Source of the DNA: Blasia pusilla
Lineage: Eukaryota
DNA length: 64,000 nucleotides
Assembly: GCA_050084515.1 (NCBI GenBank)
Contig: CM114271.1
Location: 5,766,001-5,830,000 of the forward strand
Reading direction: 5' to 3'
This document shows positions 49,851 through 63,250 of the stretch, piece by piece. The translations under genes were made by a program, and so were the position numbers. Position 1 is the stretch's first letter. Each line of letters opens with the position of its first letter. The notes below the pieces were generated by a model. The model had not been told where the DNA came from and ran no database searches. It saw only the letters and a program-made list of their open reading frames with translations.

Positions 49851-51970
49851 AGTTTAGTGGTTACATTAAGGGGCATCCGAAGCTTGCTCTAAAAGCTTTT
49901 GTGATAGAGTCGTTGTTGAGTGATTGATGTTCCATCAACCATGTATTTTACAATTTTTCTCAGAATTCTACTGTTGCTATCATAGATAATCTGAGAACAT
50001 CAAACAATCCATAAGTTTAGTTTTTGCGGTTATCTTTGCAGATCTTCATATCAATCAAGTGATTTTAGCATACTATCCATTTATTTCAATAAGGCTCAAA
50101 TTCTCCTTAAGCTGGTGTGAATCAAATGAAGTATCATAAAATTTTCTTCTCATAACCTAGTCCGGGAAATATTTTAATAGTTTTGAATTGAATCAAAAAA
50201 ATCATTTGTTGCATTTCCTACTATTAGCTTCAATTCATTCACCATCTAGTAGACAGCAACTTCATTTTCACCTCTATGAATTCCATATGTTTCTCAACTT
50301 AATCTAATTTGGGCACCTCGCACGGTAGGGCAGAGCACGTCATTATTCCTTTCCCAATGATCCGACTAGATAATTCAAAATCATTTCCATCATATATGCA
50401 AACTTAGCTATGGGCCTGGTTGCTCAATGGTTTACGAACATTTATGAGGACATCTACTTCAACAAATTATCAGTTCCCTACTAAATATAACCTATTAACT
50501 CGTATTAAATTCAGCCTCCCACCAACTTATTGTAATAAGCTTAAACCTAACCCCATACCGCTACCTTCAACAATGATTCTTGGTATACATATATTTACCT
50601 CTTACTCTAATCATCAGTAGACCCTTCTCTTGATATATACTAGTTTTTTCCTTTACTCGCAATTGATACTAAAGATGGAATCCTTTAAGAAAATAGAGTA
50701 TTACTTCAACTTTAATTTAGGAGTGAAAATATTTAGGAGTGGAATGTTATTTTGTTATTGTTTTTGAGAAAAATATTTCTAGAAAATCATGCATATGCAT
50801 GTTCACTAGTGTGGATAAAACCCCAAAAGCAACATTAAGGTAGGGCCCATGGACTATACTACACCAAACGGCTAGGGCCCTGGCCCACGCCACGCCTGGC
50901 AATCTCTAGAGTCTAGTGTTGCCTCAGGACCCTATCAAGAAATTACAGGTAGAATTTTTGAAATTAGCACATATAATTAAAAGTCATCATTACAAAATGC
51001 CATGTAGGAATTCGTGGAGCAACCATGACGAGTCATGAGTGCATGTGCCGGCCGTGGCATTGAAGTAGTGGACGGGGAGTTTGAACCACATCTGTCCGTC
51101 TGCACTACTCTGCGTCCAGGACGACGTAACGTTGTAACTCCAGTTGGTTCCCCATTAACGAAGGCTGCACGGACGAGTACCGACCGGCTACAGCCTGTAT
51201 GTACCGAGGGGATCCGCTGCCATCAGTGGCCCCATGAAGTGCGTCATGTCATTGATTGATAGCAGCAGCGGCTGTACCGGCACCGGGTTGGAGCAGCCAT
51301 GATATGTGTATCCCGTCACGGAAGTCATCGATCTTTGCGAGGCTTACGTGCCAGCGTCAGTGCGCGCGAGAGAGATTGGGGGTGGGGGGCGGAAAGAAAC
51401 GCTCGCGGACGCGAGGGTTTGGGTCGCTGGCGGCAGGGTAGTAAGCGCTTGGATCCGCCGGAGGCGTTGTGGTGGTGGTCGTTGGCGGGGGGGGGTGGGG
51501 TGCGCGTAAGCACGACCGGAACTCGACTTCTGCGGGTTGTTTCTGGAGGCCGACCCGCTGACTGGTTGCTCTCTCTTCAGGTCTCTGGAAGCGAAAGTTG
51601 GCGACTGTGGGATATGGCTTTCTGACCCGCGCTAGGGGAGGTCGGTCGTGTCATGCGATCGAGATGTGTGTTTAGCTCACTTCAGCGGGAAAAGGATCCC
51701 ACAGGCTTCGTTTGGCGGACAAATTCATGGACTGCGTATTGAATTTGCCCATGAATTGAAGCAGTCGTCTGTGGTTTGCTTTTGCACCTCGTCGGGCGTT
51801 GCTTGTGCTCCTTTCCCTGCACGCATGAATGGGGGGGAGTAGGCGGTGGCGTCCACAATTTCGCGTGGAAGGTGGCCTGACATTTTTCTCCGTGGAGAAT
51901 TTCGTGACGGTAGCTCACCTGAACAAGTCATCATGCATCTCAGGTGTTGCACAGGGAAACGCAAGTCGGA

Positions 51971-52058
51971 ACTTCGCTGGTTGAGTCCGGTGATTGTGAC
52001 TACTGCACATGATTCACTTCGCTGGTGGAGTCCGGTGATTGTGACTACTGCACACGAT
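51971..52058. repeat. 45-bp tandem duplication
   Basis: acttcgctggtNgagtccggtgattgtgactactgcacaNgat twice (51971, 52016), with 2 mismatches. Confidence 0.9.
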
Positions 52059-53131
52059 ATTGTTCAAGATTGTACAAACAAAAAGTTTATCGTGTGGTTA
52101 GCGGGCTCCGAACTCCACCTCTTTGACCACAAAGGGGCCGTTGCCATCGGTCCTCACGCGAATTCACGCTGAATACCAGTGATGAAGATGTCAACAAAAG
52201 CATGGGCACAGAAAGTATTGTCGCCTTCCTAGGCCACAAATCAGGCGCATGTACGCCAGACACATGGACGGGACTCATCATCTGGGTGCCATCAGGAATG
52301 GAGCGTAAGAGTGGGATGCGGACTAGGACAACGGTAGGTTCGGTACGAGTGCGTCAAATTCGGTTTCTGCGGGTGACAGCAGACTGCGTAAACCGAGACA
52401 GTATGATTCACTTCACCATGTGTGGAGAGAACGTGTAACATTAGACATCTCGACAATTATGGATACTCGACTACACAAGCGAGTTGCGGATGTACTTCCC
52501 GGGGAGAGACGAGGACCAGGCATGCCGGATGGAGATTGGTAATATACAGATCCATTTATTGCACGCAGTTTTGAGTACTTCTTACACACCATTGGCACTT
52601 GTTCCAAGAGGAGGCTAGTGCAAGAACATTCAGGATCCTGGCAAAATGTAGCCACGAGGCAGGCACCAGCACGTTGACGAGGCTGGTCGGCACTGGTTAT
52701 AAGGAAAACCCATCGGCACCGAATTGGATGAAGGTGACTAAGGAATTTTTGTTGCATATCGGGGATAATGGGTACTTACTATACAGGATCCCTTTATTGC
52801 ACTGTAAGGATATTTTGTGGGCTTGGATATCTTTTGTATCAAATGGTGTAGTCTTCTCCACCAAGAATGACAATCTCTACACTAGTGCTACTTTTGTTCA
52901 GGCAGTTCTACAAGATTACTACGGATCGGAAGAATCTCCCGTCTACACATCTCGGGCCAGGTTGTGGACATTCCCGATTGGCAGGGAATCATTGCCACGG
53001 GGAGGCACACAACACTGCCATTTCCGTCACGAAGAAGTGGGGTGGAGGAAGTCAAACAGCGATTGGGGCACTGCCGATACCATCCTACCAAAAACGTCTT
53101 ATCCTTTCTATTTCTCTCGACTCTCCGTCAC

Positions 53132-56100
53132 TCAGCAACACTCCTCATCAGCCATGGCTACACGGGTTTTGATGGGCTTTAGTTTCAGGCCTAGGCTTTC
53201 AGGAGATAAAAGTTCGCATGAGATACACGGAGGACTCAGAGGACTTGAAGGGGTCGAGTGACTAATTAATTGCGGAGGTTTGAAGAAGTCGTATCCCATC
53301 AAAAAGTACTCGATGGGCACCAACATTGAGTGAGGTTGCTCCTCTGTCACAAGGGATCCACAGGCTTGTACCTGTATCCACACAAGTAAGGCCAACTTTT
53401 AAAACTCCTGTATGGACGTGGTGAGCCTCCAGGAAAGACGTGCCAACTTCACCGGTGCCTCTGATACTCAAAAACTGAACCTCTAATGCGGAGTCATTGA
53501 ACACTACCCACCTCAATAAGAGCGTTATAACGGCGGTCCATTTCATTGCTGATATGGCGAGCTTCAGAGTGGAAAGGAGACTGCTCCCCTACGATGATTA
53601 GTGTCCGGCATTTGAGCTTCCTCAGGCCAGATGTTAAGTCTTTCCGCCTGGGAACAAAAGGAGGGTCCTCATCAGTAAATTATCTCACACATGCATGCGT
53701 ACACACCGTATGAGTATCGACAATCCGACGCCCCTCCAATGAAGTTGAGGTACCAGCGAGGCAAAAGACTACCAGGGTGAACAAACCCATGGTTAAGGAA
53801 GTGGGCCCAAAGATTATGTAGGTTTATGACATCTTACTGGTGGATGGCTTGCATGAAACGCATGATGTTGTGAGTTTGCCCCTCGTCCAGCACTCGGCGG
53901 TAACATCCCATGAGATCGGTCCCTCGAACTTCCTGCTAGAGACATTACGGGTGCCACGGAAGACCGAGATCAGTATTCATCGTCTTCAGCCATGGTAATC
54001 TCACTCCCAAGACGAACAATTGCGTTCAGTGCACTGGTATCGTCGCAATCAACTATTCAAAAAGCTTCACCTGAGGGTGCAAATACACTCCGGAAGGAAA
54101 CTGTCACGCAGGAATACAATTGCAGGAGTACCTGTCCGAAGTATCGTTGAAGAAGGGACTCCTTAACGAAGTTCGTCATACCGCAAAAATAGAGCAGACT
54201 GGTGAGAGCCTGAAAGGGAAGCGAGAATAGATGAATAAACACTCAAGCACACCAGAATCATGCGACTCGTGTGCTCAAACAACTTCCACTCAGTTGAAAC
54301 AAAGTTGAAATTAGCACCTTATTGTAAATCCACTCAGTCCAGCTTGGCGCCTGGCACATGGGGGAGACCAAAATCAGACCTAACACCCGCTCTCTGTACT
54401 TCATCTGTAGAGAGCGATCAAGAGAGGTAGGAATATCAGTTCCGATGTATCATCTTCGCCACTTTCTTCTACGAGAGGTCGAGCGACACTCGGCGTACTC
54501 CCGGCAAACCCCGATCAGCAACTTCTCACGAAATGTACGAAACAGCAAGAAAGTACTCACTGAAGTCAACCTAAAAACAACCATGGAAGGAACTTGGCAG
54601 GATCGAGCCAGGCTCCAAACATGTGCAAGAAACCATCGGGAAAGAGGCACATACCGCTAGGAGAGTGAGAACGTAAGCACCTGCAGTGACACCCAAGCCG
54701 ATGACTTCATGTAATCTGCACATACGAATTTCAGTCTACGTTACGAGAGCCACTGGAACTGCACACGACATTATGTGGAAGCGACTCTAAATCCTCTTTC
54801 GGGAAAGACGAGACCAAGAACTGCACATGCATCTGCTATGGACGAGACAAGAATGACTGAAGGAATCGTCCAAATAATTTCTCTTCAGGGCCAAGAGAGA
54901 AGACCAACCCAAAGTAGTCGAGAACTTCCGACACCTGGTCAGCTAAATCATCGACAGAGGGCATGGGTTGCTCGTCCGGAATTTGGTGAGCCCCTAGCTG
55001 TGCAGCAAATCCGAAGTTGGTGTCAAGAAAACACAATCAAGACACGAAACTAGGGTGGTCATCATCACGTCTACAAGACAATCCACTTGGAGCACCAAGG
55101 GCCGTGTGTACAATATGCTTTACTGCCCATAACAAACCAGAGTTTCAACATTCGAGGTATGAGTGAGGTTGGTGGCAAGAAGGTTAGCTAACCTCATGGC
55201 CCGGAGGATCAATGTGATAGATACAGAAGTTGTGCAGCAGCATTGAAGAAGCCTCGGGACATTGGAAGAAGCCCTCAAAGCAAGACACACCTGCACATCG
55301 GAGAGCAAGAAATTAATGAGCCTGTGATGCCAAGCGACTGCCATGAGGACAACGACTTGGTTAACACCTTGGATTGCATGAGCGACACACCCGGAACGCA
55401 CAACGATCCAGTAGGTGACTCACTGTTAAGAGCAACGTCGGGGTAGGTTATCATCGCAGGCTTATCTTGGTCCCCGAAAATTTGCACGGAGATGGGGCCG
55501 AATGACGTTGGAACCATATGCTCCTGCAATCCATGTATTACATTAGCTTGAAAATCCAACCAACCGCTGGTAACTAATTCTCCACACAACAATTCGCAAT
55601 TACTATAACTGTTTCGAGGGATGGAGATTGTCTGCAAAAGCAGGTGGAAACCTAAAGCAGTCCCCTCGGTTGGAGAGTGTCCCGACAGCTAATTTCATGG
55701 AAGTGCCAAGCGGCCCAACCCTCGAAGAAATCACAAAAGGACATTTGGCTTTCCCTTCCTGATCCTAAACTCCGCAGAACTTTCCACAATCACAACTCTC
55801 GATATGAGATCCACGTGAAGATAGTGATTCAGCGAGTCGCAAAAAGAAAGCCTGGATAAACTCGTGGGAACACACCCCGAGGGGTAAGTGCAGACCATAG
55901 AAGAAAGAGCTTCGAGAAATACGTCGGTAAGCTTGTATCCGTGCGCATTGCCTTCTGCGGTCAGCAGCTAGAGGCCCTCGGTCGTGAGAGGATTGATTGA
56001 CGGAGGATGGGCCAAATGTGAGCGTAACCTCGCTCACTCTACAACGAGACCCAACTCATGATCTCGGTACCACGAAAAGCTAGAGACCAGCATCATCATC

Positions 56101-56721
56101 CTTCGTGATGAAAGACACACCCGAAAGGCTCGCTGCCACTAACCATAACAAATCTAAAACCTACTATTTCTCTCCCTACACTCCCGAGACGAGCGGACTC
56201 CCAAAGTCGTGCACATAGTCACGAACGCTCTCGAACGACACACGGTCAGCTTCAAAAGTTGAAGATGGTGCCAGGGATAGCCGAGAGGAGCGATTCCTAA
56301 GATTCATCGGCTAAAGGGAGCTCGGCACATCTGCGCGAGGCTTGCTAGCGTCACGCGTTTTCCACGCCAAACAGAGCTCCCGCTCGACGGCTCGCGAGTC
56401 TCTCCAACCTCGTCGGCAAACCATGAATGAGATGCAACATTTTCGCAATCCTCCTTGCTTGTCTCACGGCACTAGACAAGCATGCAAACCACTGCCCTGT
56501 AACTACACCATCCACCCCGGAACCGTAATTGCGCGTTGGTTCTCGACCAAGCCCAGGGGCAATCACCTGATGGAATGGTTCTCCCTCATCCATTTTACGT
56601 GATCACACTAGATATCTGAATTTCTACTCTGGAATCCAGTGTGGACAGTAAATTGTCATACCTGGCCACCCCACGGTGACGAATCCACATCCAGAGTGAT
56701 TGACACGCTGCTTTCGTCCAT
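53132..56721 (-). CDS. NDL: NDL / N-MYC downregulated-like (NDRG family, SF21-like alpha/beta-hydrolase fold) protein; complement(join(53132..53371,53512..53647,53838..53932,54132..54209,54318..54404,54655..54715,54909..54997,55193..55290,55424..55523,56662..56721)), 347 aa
   Basis: Ten GT-AG exons with consistent phases, 1044 nt. Hallmark peptides [104 protein letters not shown]. Confidence 0.96.
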
Positions 56722-57550
56722 ATCCAAGCGCTAATTACACAACGGCGGATAGAAAGGTCTCTACTCGTCTGTCTTAATTGATCGCCACACTCGCCAATCT
56801 CATCGTAAGCTCGCCGAATTCAAATGCGAGTTCGTGGAACTCCGGCCGGTACGTTTACTTCTTCCTCGCTCGCTCGCTGGCTGGCTGGCTGGCTGGCAAC
56901 GCGACCGCTCAAGAAACTCGGCCCAGAAACTCCACGCTCGGACTCGGCGACCGCTAGCTGAGCACGATTGGCAAACTCGTAACCACAACCCACAACACCC
57001 GAAGATCCAGCACGCGGAGGCGCCCGCTTCAGATTGCGAATCTCGATTGGACGGCCGATGTGGGGGAGGCCGACAGATGGAGGGGAACGCCCGATTGCAC
57101 GGACGCACGCTCCCAATTGGCCCCCTCGCAGAACGCAGCACGCGAGGCAGAAGCGGTGGAAAGCGAGGGAAGAACGAGCAGCGGCAGCAGAAAAGCAAAG
57201 AGAAGGAGAAGAACGACGAAGATGGTGGAAGAAGGAGACGACGTCTGAACACGGGTGACAAGAGGGAGCGAGAGGGGTAAAGGAGGGGGGGAGGCGCGGA
57301 GCAATGCGAGAGAGGAGCACTGGACTCCGGAGAGATGAGAGATTCAATCAGACCAGAACCCCGAGCTCTCGCAACTTCGCACTCCCGAACTGTTTCACAA
57401 GACTCCCTGCGCTTCTTGTATCTCTCTCTCTCTCTCTCTCTGTCTCCGTGAGATCGACCGGGAAGTCGGAAGCGACTGCAGGACGAGACGCGCGCTGGCT
57501 CGCTGGCTGGCTGGCTGGCTGGCGGGCTGGCTGACTGACTGACTGGGGCC
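56722..57550 (-). promoter_or_regulatory. NDL 5' leader/proximal promoter with a putative 5'-UTR intron (56731-56858) and GCCA/GA microsatellites
   Basis: GC-rich island. I found no minus-strand ATG between ~56860 and ~57340. GTAAAC donor at 56858 and TAATTAG acceptor at 56731, 9 nt before the ATG. (GCCA)n at ~56877-56897 and ~57495-57545, (GA)n at 57421-57440. Confidence 0.55.
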
Positions 57551-60500
57551 GGGCGAACGCGAAGGCGCTTAAGACTGCAGTGCGAAGCTGCTTCGACAGG
57601 GGCCGACAACGCCCCGGACGACCACCGCACCGCGACGGGGAGCGCAGTTCCAGCAGCCGGAGTGGAGGACAGGTGTCGGTCGTGGTTCGATTCTTGCATC
57701 CCATTGCAAACAACGAATCGGGAAAAGGCAGACAGCTCGCCTCACGCGCTCGATCCAAAACAAACGACACTGCCTTTTCCCGAAGTAGAAATAAAGTCCA
57801 CCATTCGCTCTGGTTACTCCTCTGACTTCCTCCGCGATCCGAACCCTTCCTTCCTTCTGCTGTCTGTGGCCCCCACCATAGTCCCTCCATGCCCCTATAC
57901 TTTTCGTCGCAACTCCCCTGGACTCCCAGCCAGGTCGTTGGTTGGCTGGAAGGGACTGACGGCAATTCCGCGGGCGTAAATAGTAACTCCCGCACTATTT
58001 ACTCCCGTCGTGGGACCGAGTCGCGCGACGTGAGGTGCGTACGGTCGCTGGTCACTCTTTCTTTCCCTTCCTCCCTCCCTTTCCTCCACCCTGACCCGAC
58101 TCACCCGAGGCTCGTGAAAGCGATGTGAACCATGACGGACCTCGACCTCCAGTCACTTTAACCACGGCCTGCGATTAGCCATTCTGGTATCCGCGTGGCG
58201 ATCCAAACCAAAGCTGGGTAGCCTGCGGATAACTAATCCACTTAGCCTAAGTATTTCGGGATAATGTGAGCTTATCGCCCTGATATCGGAGGATAGCATC
58301 TTCTCTCTCTCTCACCGCCACATAAACCGGAGTTAATAATTATTATCATCCCTAAGAGCGGCGATATAGTCTCAATAAATACCCTCCTCGTAAATTACAG
58401 CAAGTAGAATACTTAATAATAAAATCCATACCCTCTTAAGTAATGCTCCGTTTATTTCCACGAATTTTTGTTGCATCCTTAAGTTCTTTCTCGAGGTAAA
58501 TCATCCCTAAACAGCCAGTTGAAAAGTGCTTTTCATGTTTACCATTAATGGGACTAAATTATCTGAAATCGTTGGGAATCTTTCTATCTATGGGACAACC
58601 TTTACTTTACTGCTTGCTCCAAAGGGCACGTTACCAAAGGAACCTTGTTTTATAGAAGCTAAAGTACGTAAATATACAATTTTAGTGAGTTAGAGCTTTT
58701 TCCTTTGGCACAAAAATCCATTAAAGTGTATCTCATACATGTTATTAAAATCCTAAGTGTGTATAATTTAGTTGAGGGTTTGCATGTTAATTGTTCCATT
58801 CTTGTTTCAAATTTTTTTAATTTGAAATTTTTTATAAATCTCCTCAAGTTTGAATTTTGGGAAAAAAAAAAAGTTGAGGTTTCCAAATTTCTTAAGATTT
58901 TTGGACCTCCTCTTTTCGTAATAACACTCGTTGATCCCTATCACATATTGAATTCTTTTAATAGTGTAATTTCCCTTTAGAATCGGATCAAATAATTCCT
59001 CTTATTTTTCTCAATTTTTTCTTATTTTACGAGCCCAATATTATGTCCTCATCTTTCATGTCGAACATCGATGGTGCCTTTTACTTTCTCCTTGCATCCT
59101 TTTTTTATCATTTATATTTTCCTTCAATATTCTCTCTTCAAAGTATGAATTTCAAGTGTGTTTGGTCTTTGGAAACCATGTGATACCAAAAATATTTTAT
59201 AATTTTTCCCTGTGTTTTTTAATGGTTGTGTTTCATGCCTATTCCACTCAAAAAAAATTCTTACTTTGTCAACATTTTACCCCATTACTTCACCTTTGCC
59301 TCCATACACTATCTCCTTAAAGAATTTCTAGATTCGTACTCTCAAGTTAGTTTTTTCTTACAAGTCATTTCTTTTTTTCGTTTTCCTAATATTAATTTTT
59401 TTCTTATTCTTCGTGAAGTAATTTCCAATCATAAATTTGATTTTTTCTAACTACAATTCTCTCCATCTAAATTTTTTTTATGAGATCCTTATTCTCAATA
59501 TGGGTCTTATCATTATCTTCTCACTTAATATTGTTCTTTATTTTCCCACTTATCTGGAATAAAATTACTTTATCTACTTTTATTAACATTGAGTTGGATA
59601 GTCCATTTCCCCACTTACCTAGTTTTATACTTCCTTGAACAATAACCCTTCCCCCATATTTCTCACCTCATCGTCAATGTCAATATTCAATTATTAAGGA
59701 TGATCCTCATGATTTCTTCCATATTTTCCTCTTATCTACTTCCCAAAATTTCCCATTAATCATAATCTTCATCCATTACCACCAAATCGTACTATTTTCC
59801 ATCTTCGTTTACCTCATTTGTGCCTTTGCTTCAAACTCCCATAGTTTCAACTCACATCCCTCATCCTCCTCCATCCCCAACTTACTTAACCTCACATCAT
59901 CACCTTCCACCTCTTCTTCTTATAATCCTAATTCTTGTATATCGATATCTCTATCTAAGATTTGTAGCACACCTTGTGATAAAGATTTTTCTCCAACAAG
60001 GATCAAAACAACTCATCTGATATTTTCAATCCATACATGGACCTTTGATCCCAAACCCCATAACCCTTTGTACTACCATCCTTGACAAATTCCATGAACA
60101 TAATTGAGCCAAATAAATCTTATTATCTCTTTCCGTCCCAATCTCCCTTGTCCTAGACTCTGCACATATATATTCTTATTGCTCTTCATCCTATCATCCA
60201 ACAAACATCTATTTTTACCTTAGGAAGTTTAGCGCTGCGAATGTCATGATTCCACATATATAAAAAAAAAATTTGTATCTCGTATTACTTTTTCCCCAAT
60301 AGGTTTTAATTCTCCTTCTAAGGGGAGGTGGAATGAATCATTGCAAAAACTTCTTGTGCATTCAATACTTTATGGAAGGGTACGGGGAGAATTTTCACCA
60401 TGCGCATTTAATTTAAGTAGAGACCTTAGCAATGGCTCATCGCACTCAATACACCAATCAAAGGATAATGGAAGGCCTTCAATACAAAAATTCTTTTGAC

Positions 60501-60710
60501 ATAGCCTAATTTTGGGGCAAGTTGCTGATTTTCTCATATGGCTTGAGTATTAGTATCTCTTTCTCCAATAGTTCTAATTGCATAGATAATGGTACTCTTA
60601 AAAGCTCTTAACCCTCGTTTAAGTGGCGATGCATCATATATACTTTTGTGGAAGACTCTAGAACGGACGTTGACGTAGAGGTTTTCAAGAGATTTTTCTC
60701 CTTAGTCCTT

Positions 60711-61311
60711 TGTCACATCTTATTTCGAAATAGGTAGAGTTCTAACGCATCGACGACATAGAGAGTCAGCGGGCTTTCCGGGTGTAACTTTTTCCCGAGA
60801 TGTCGGATGAGGTTGACGACAAGTCTGTTATGTTGGGAACATCGTTTATGGCGATTTCCCTACTTTGGTTTTAGCCCGTCAGGTGACCCGTTGAACGGGT
60901 CAACGGTCATCCGATAACCTGTGCACGTAGGTTATCGTTGGTAGGGCTATTTTTGGGTATAAGAGTGAGGAAGGTGGCTTTCCCAAGCCATCTTTCTCAT
61001 GTTGAGCCTTAGGAGCGCCTCTCTTGCATAGACGTGTGTGGGTGTGTAGGAGTTAGGGTGCTAGCATTTGGATTCCCGCATAGCAGAGGGTGGATGTGGT
61101 TCGATATGCCAATGTTGATTCATGAGTGGAGTTTTAGGCCAGGTGAGCCATTTTTACTACTCTTGATTTTGGTTGTGGGGTCCCTTTGTATATGCGTGAG
61201 TATATTTCATTTATGTGTGGATCTACCCGTATGTTGGGGAAGATCGGTGTTGTGTGGTATGTAGATGTGACCAGCAATGTGGGTTGTGTAGCGATGCGTA
61301 TGCGCACAACA
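60711..61311 (+). mobile_element. Solo-LTR candidate (~600 bp)
   Basis: TGTCACATCTT...GCACAACA termini like those of 16183-18175; flanks CCTT/CCTC (4-bp TSD with one transition); GC-richer than the flanks; TATA-like gggtataag at ~60955. Confidence 0.55.
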
Positions 61312-61602
61312 CCTCTCTTAACAATGAGCAAACTATTCATCATGGTTTTAGAGCATATAAATGATTACCTTATTATAGCATATTCTACAAATAGCTTTAT
61401 CCCTTCATATAAGATGTGTATAAATTTCATCAAAGTTATTTATCCTATCCTATCTTTAGTATATTGGATCCTCATCATTTATTGGTTATGAAAAATATTC
61501 CTTCTCATTTATTTTTTTGGATATTGGGGATATTGCATCCATTAGTTAGTCATTCCCTTTGCATGTCGTGCGTCTACTCCCCTTAAACGTCAATCTTAGT
61601 AT

Positions 61603-62506
61603 TGTGGAAGCGTACGTTCAAGCGGCCTTCCAACCCACTGATTCCTTGACTCGGTTCCTCATCAAGCTCAACCTTCCTTCATTCCTAGGTTTCCAACACC
61701 GGAAAGTCTTTCGAGACTTGGGATAGACTTTCTGGTTAGTCCAAGCACCTAAAACGGCGTTTGCGCGCCTAGTGGTCCCAACTGTCAAATGGAACTTGCA
61801 TGAGCCCCCAACCAAGACTCAAAAATATGAGTCGCAAGTTGGAATCCAAAAAGGACCTCCGAAATCCACTCTATTTGACTTGGTTCGGATTTCGAATCCC
61901 AACGCCAAAACTCTCGATCCGTTCCATGCCCTTGAGTCGCCCCTTGGAGCCCAAAGTGGGGTTCGAGTCCCAAGCACTTTTGGAGACCTTCCCCCTTACT
62001 AGTACTTCTAGAGATTCTTGGGGTCCCCCTACCTTTTGGAAAGAGCACCCGGGCCCCTCTTTTTGGCCCTCAACCCGACTCTCCATACATTTGGTTTTGG
62101 CCCATATCTTGGATTTTTCTTAAACGTTTGCCAAGATATTTGTGCATTGAAACCGGCTCCATATAAGCTTTCCAATGCTACCTTACTTGTCCCAAACGCA
62201 TCTTGGGACTAAAAATTATGGTCAAAAGTACAATTGCAAACTCCAAACGCTAGTTGCGTCCCAAGTCCGGTTCTCACCCCTTGGCCGCGTCTCCTTCCGA
62301 GACTCATCTTCCCTTAAGTCTGGGTTCCGCATTTGGTTCTAGTTTCCTTAGTCATGAATATAAATGCATGAAACACTTGAAACGCTTGCGTGCTTGCGTC
62401 TCGTACTTGTGTTTCTCTGACTCCCAAAGCGCAAACCATCCTAGCGTGAGCTTGCTAGAGTTCGGATGTTTCGCTTGGCACTCGTTTGGTTATGAGGGTC
62501 GCGACA
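61603..62506 (-). mobile_element. 3' LTR (904 bp) of a chromovirus
   Basis: Minus strand: PPT-like taaagaggggtgcg immediately before TGTCGCGAC (62506); ends CTTCCACA at 61603, where composition shifts to AT-rich flank. Confidence 0.7.
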
Positions 62507-63250
62507 CGCACCCCTCTTTAGAGATTGATGCCCTCATCAACGCAAACCCTTTAATGTCAAGTCATTTTGGGGAAGCCGACCCCTTGACATCGAATTGCGT
62601 TCTGGTAACTAAACGGCAATTCCTCTTTTGCCTTAAGTCTTAGGTTGTCGCTTGCAACACTAAGCATCATTTAGCATCTCCTCTTTGATGAGCCTAGACC
62701 GATTCTCAACCGATCTATCCTATCAAATAAGCTAACTAAGGTTGCTACCTAAGACTTCTCTCGCTCACAACTTGTAAACATCTCACTTGTTTACACGGTA
62801 TACAATTCGTAATACTTTTGGGTCGCTCTCGTATTCGACTTAGGCGCGTCACTAAGTTCACTCGTGCACACACGAGTAAGATCATCCCAAGCCCCAAGAC
62901 AAAGTGATCTGCCCCACTGACGCTAGGGCGAGCCCAAGTGTTAGTTACCCAACACTTTGTCTTGTTCTAGGTACATATCCGAATGGAATCTCTTGCCTCA
63001 AATACTCCTTGTGTATCCTCTTGACTTTACATCCTAAGCATATGAGGAAACACTCATTGCCATGCACTACCAAGGACAAATTGCAAATAACACAAGCATA
63101 GAATCTCCAAATTCATGCATTCCTTTATTGCAACACTAGCCTTTTCTAGTTACAACAGCCTTTAGCCCAAGCTTCCTATGGCACAAGTCATGTCCCTAGC
63201 TACTCCTTGTACTAATGCACGTGCAACCGTTTGAAGTCTTGCAACACCTC

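Larger units (their letters stand above)
42102..50809 (+). mobile_element. Second Helitron-class element (~8.7 kb), decayed
   Basis: Candidate 5' A|TCTTTTAT at 42102 (composition shift); 3' palindrome CATGCATATGCATG (50788-50801) then CTAG|T at 50806-50810; contains the RepHel below. Confidence 0.55.

Noticed and set aside
52599-53261. 220-aa + strand ORF as a protein-coding gene
   Set aside because: TTG start, no recognisable domain, and it overlaps the NDL last exon and 3' UTR antisense; kept only as part of the antisense-transcript hypothesis.
56800-57995. Long ORFs (299, 215, 175, 148 aa) upstream of NDL
   Set aside because: They overlap on both strands, have low-complexity translations of microsatellites (PASQPAS, RERERE) and non-ATG starts; expected in a GC-rich promoter/leader.
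58500-60700. AT-rich tract possibly derived from a retroelement on the minus strand
   Set aside because: Only vague motif echoes; no domain I can support.
61960-61971. tRNA T-loop/B-box-like GGTTCGAGTCCC
   Set aside because: No acceptor stem, D-arm/A-box or anticodon arm could be built; it lies inside an LTR.
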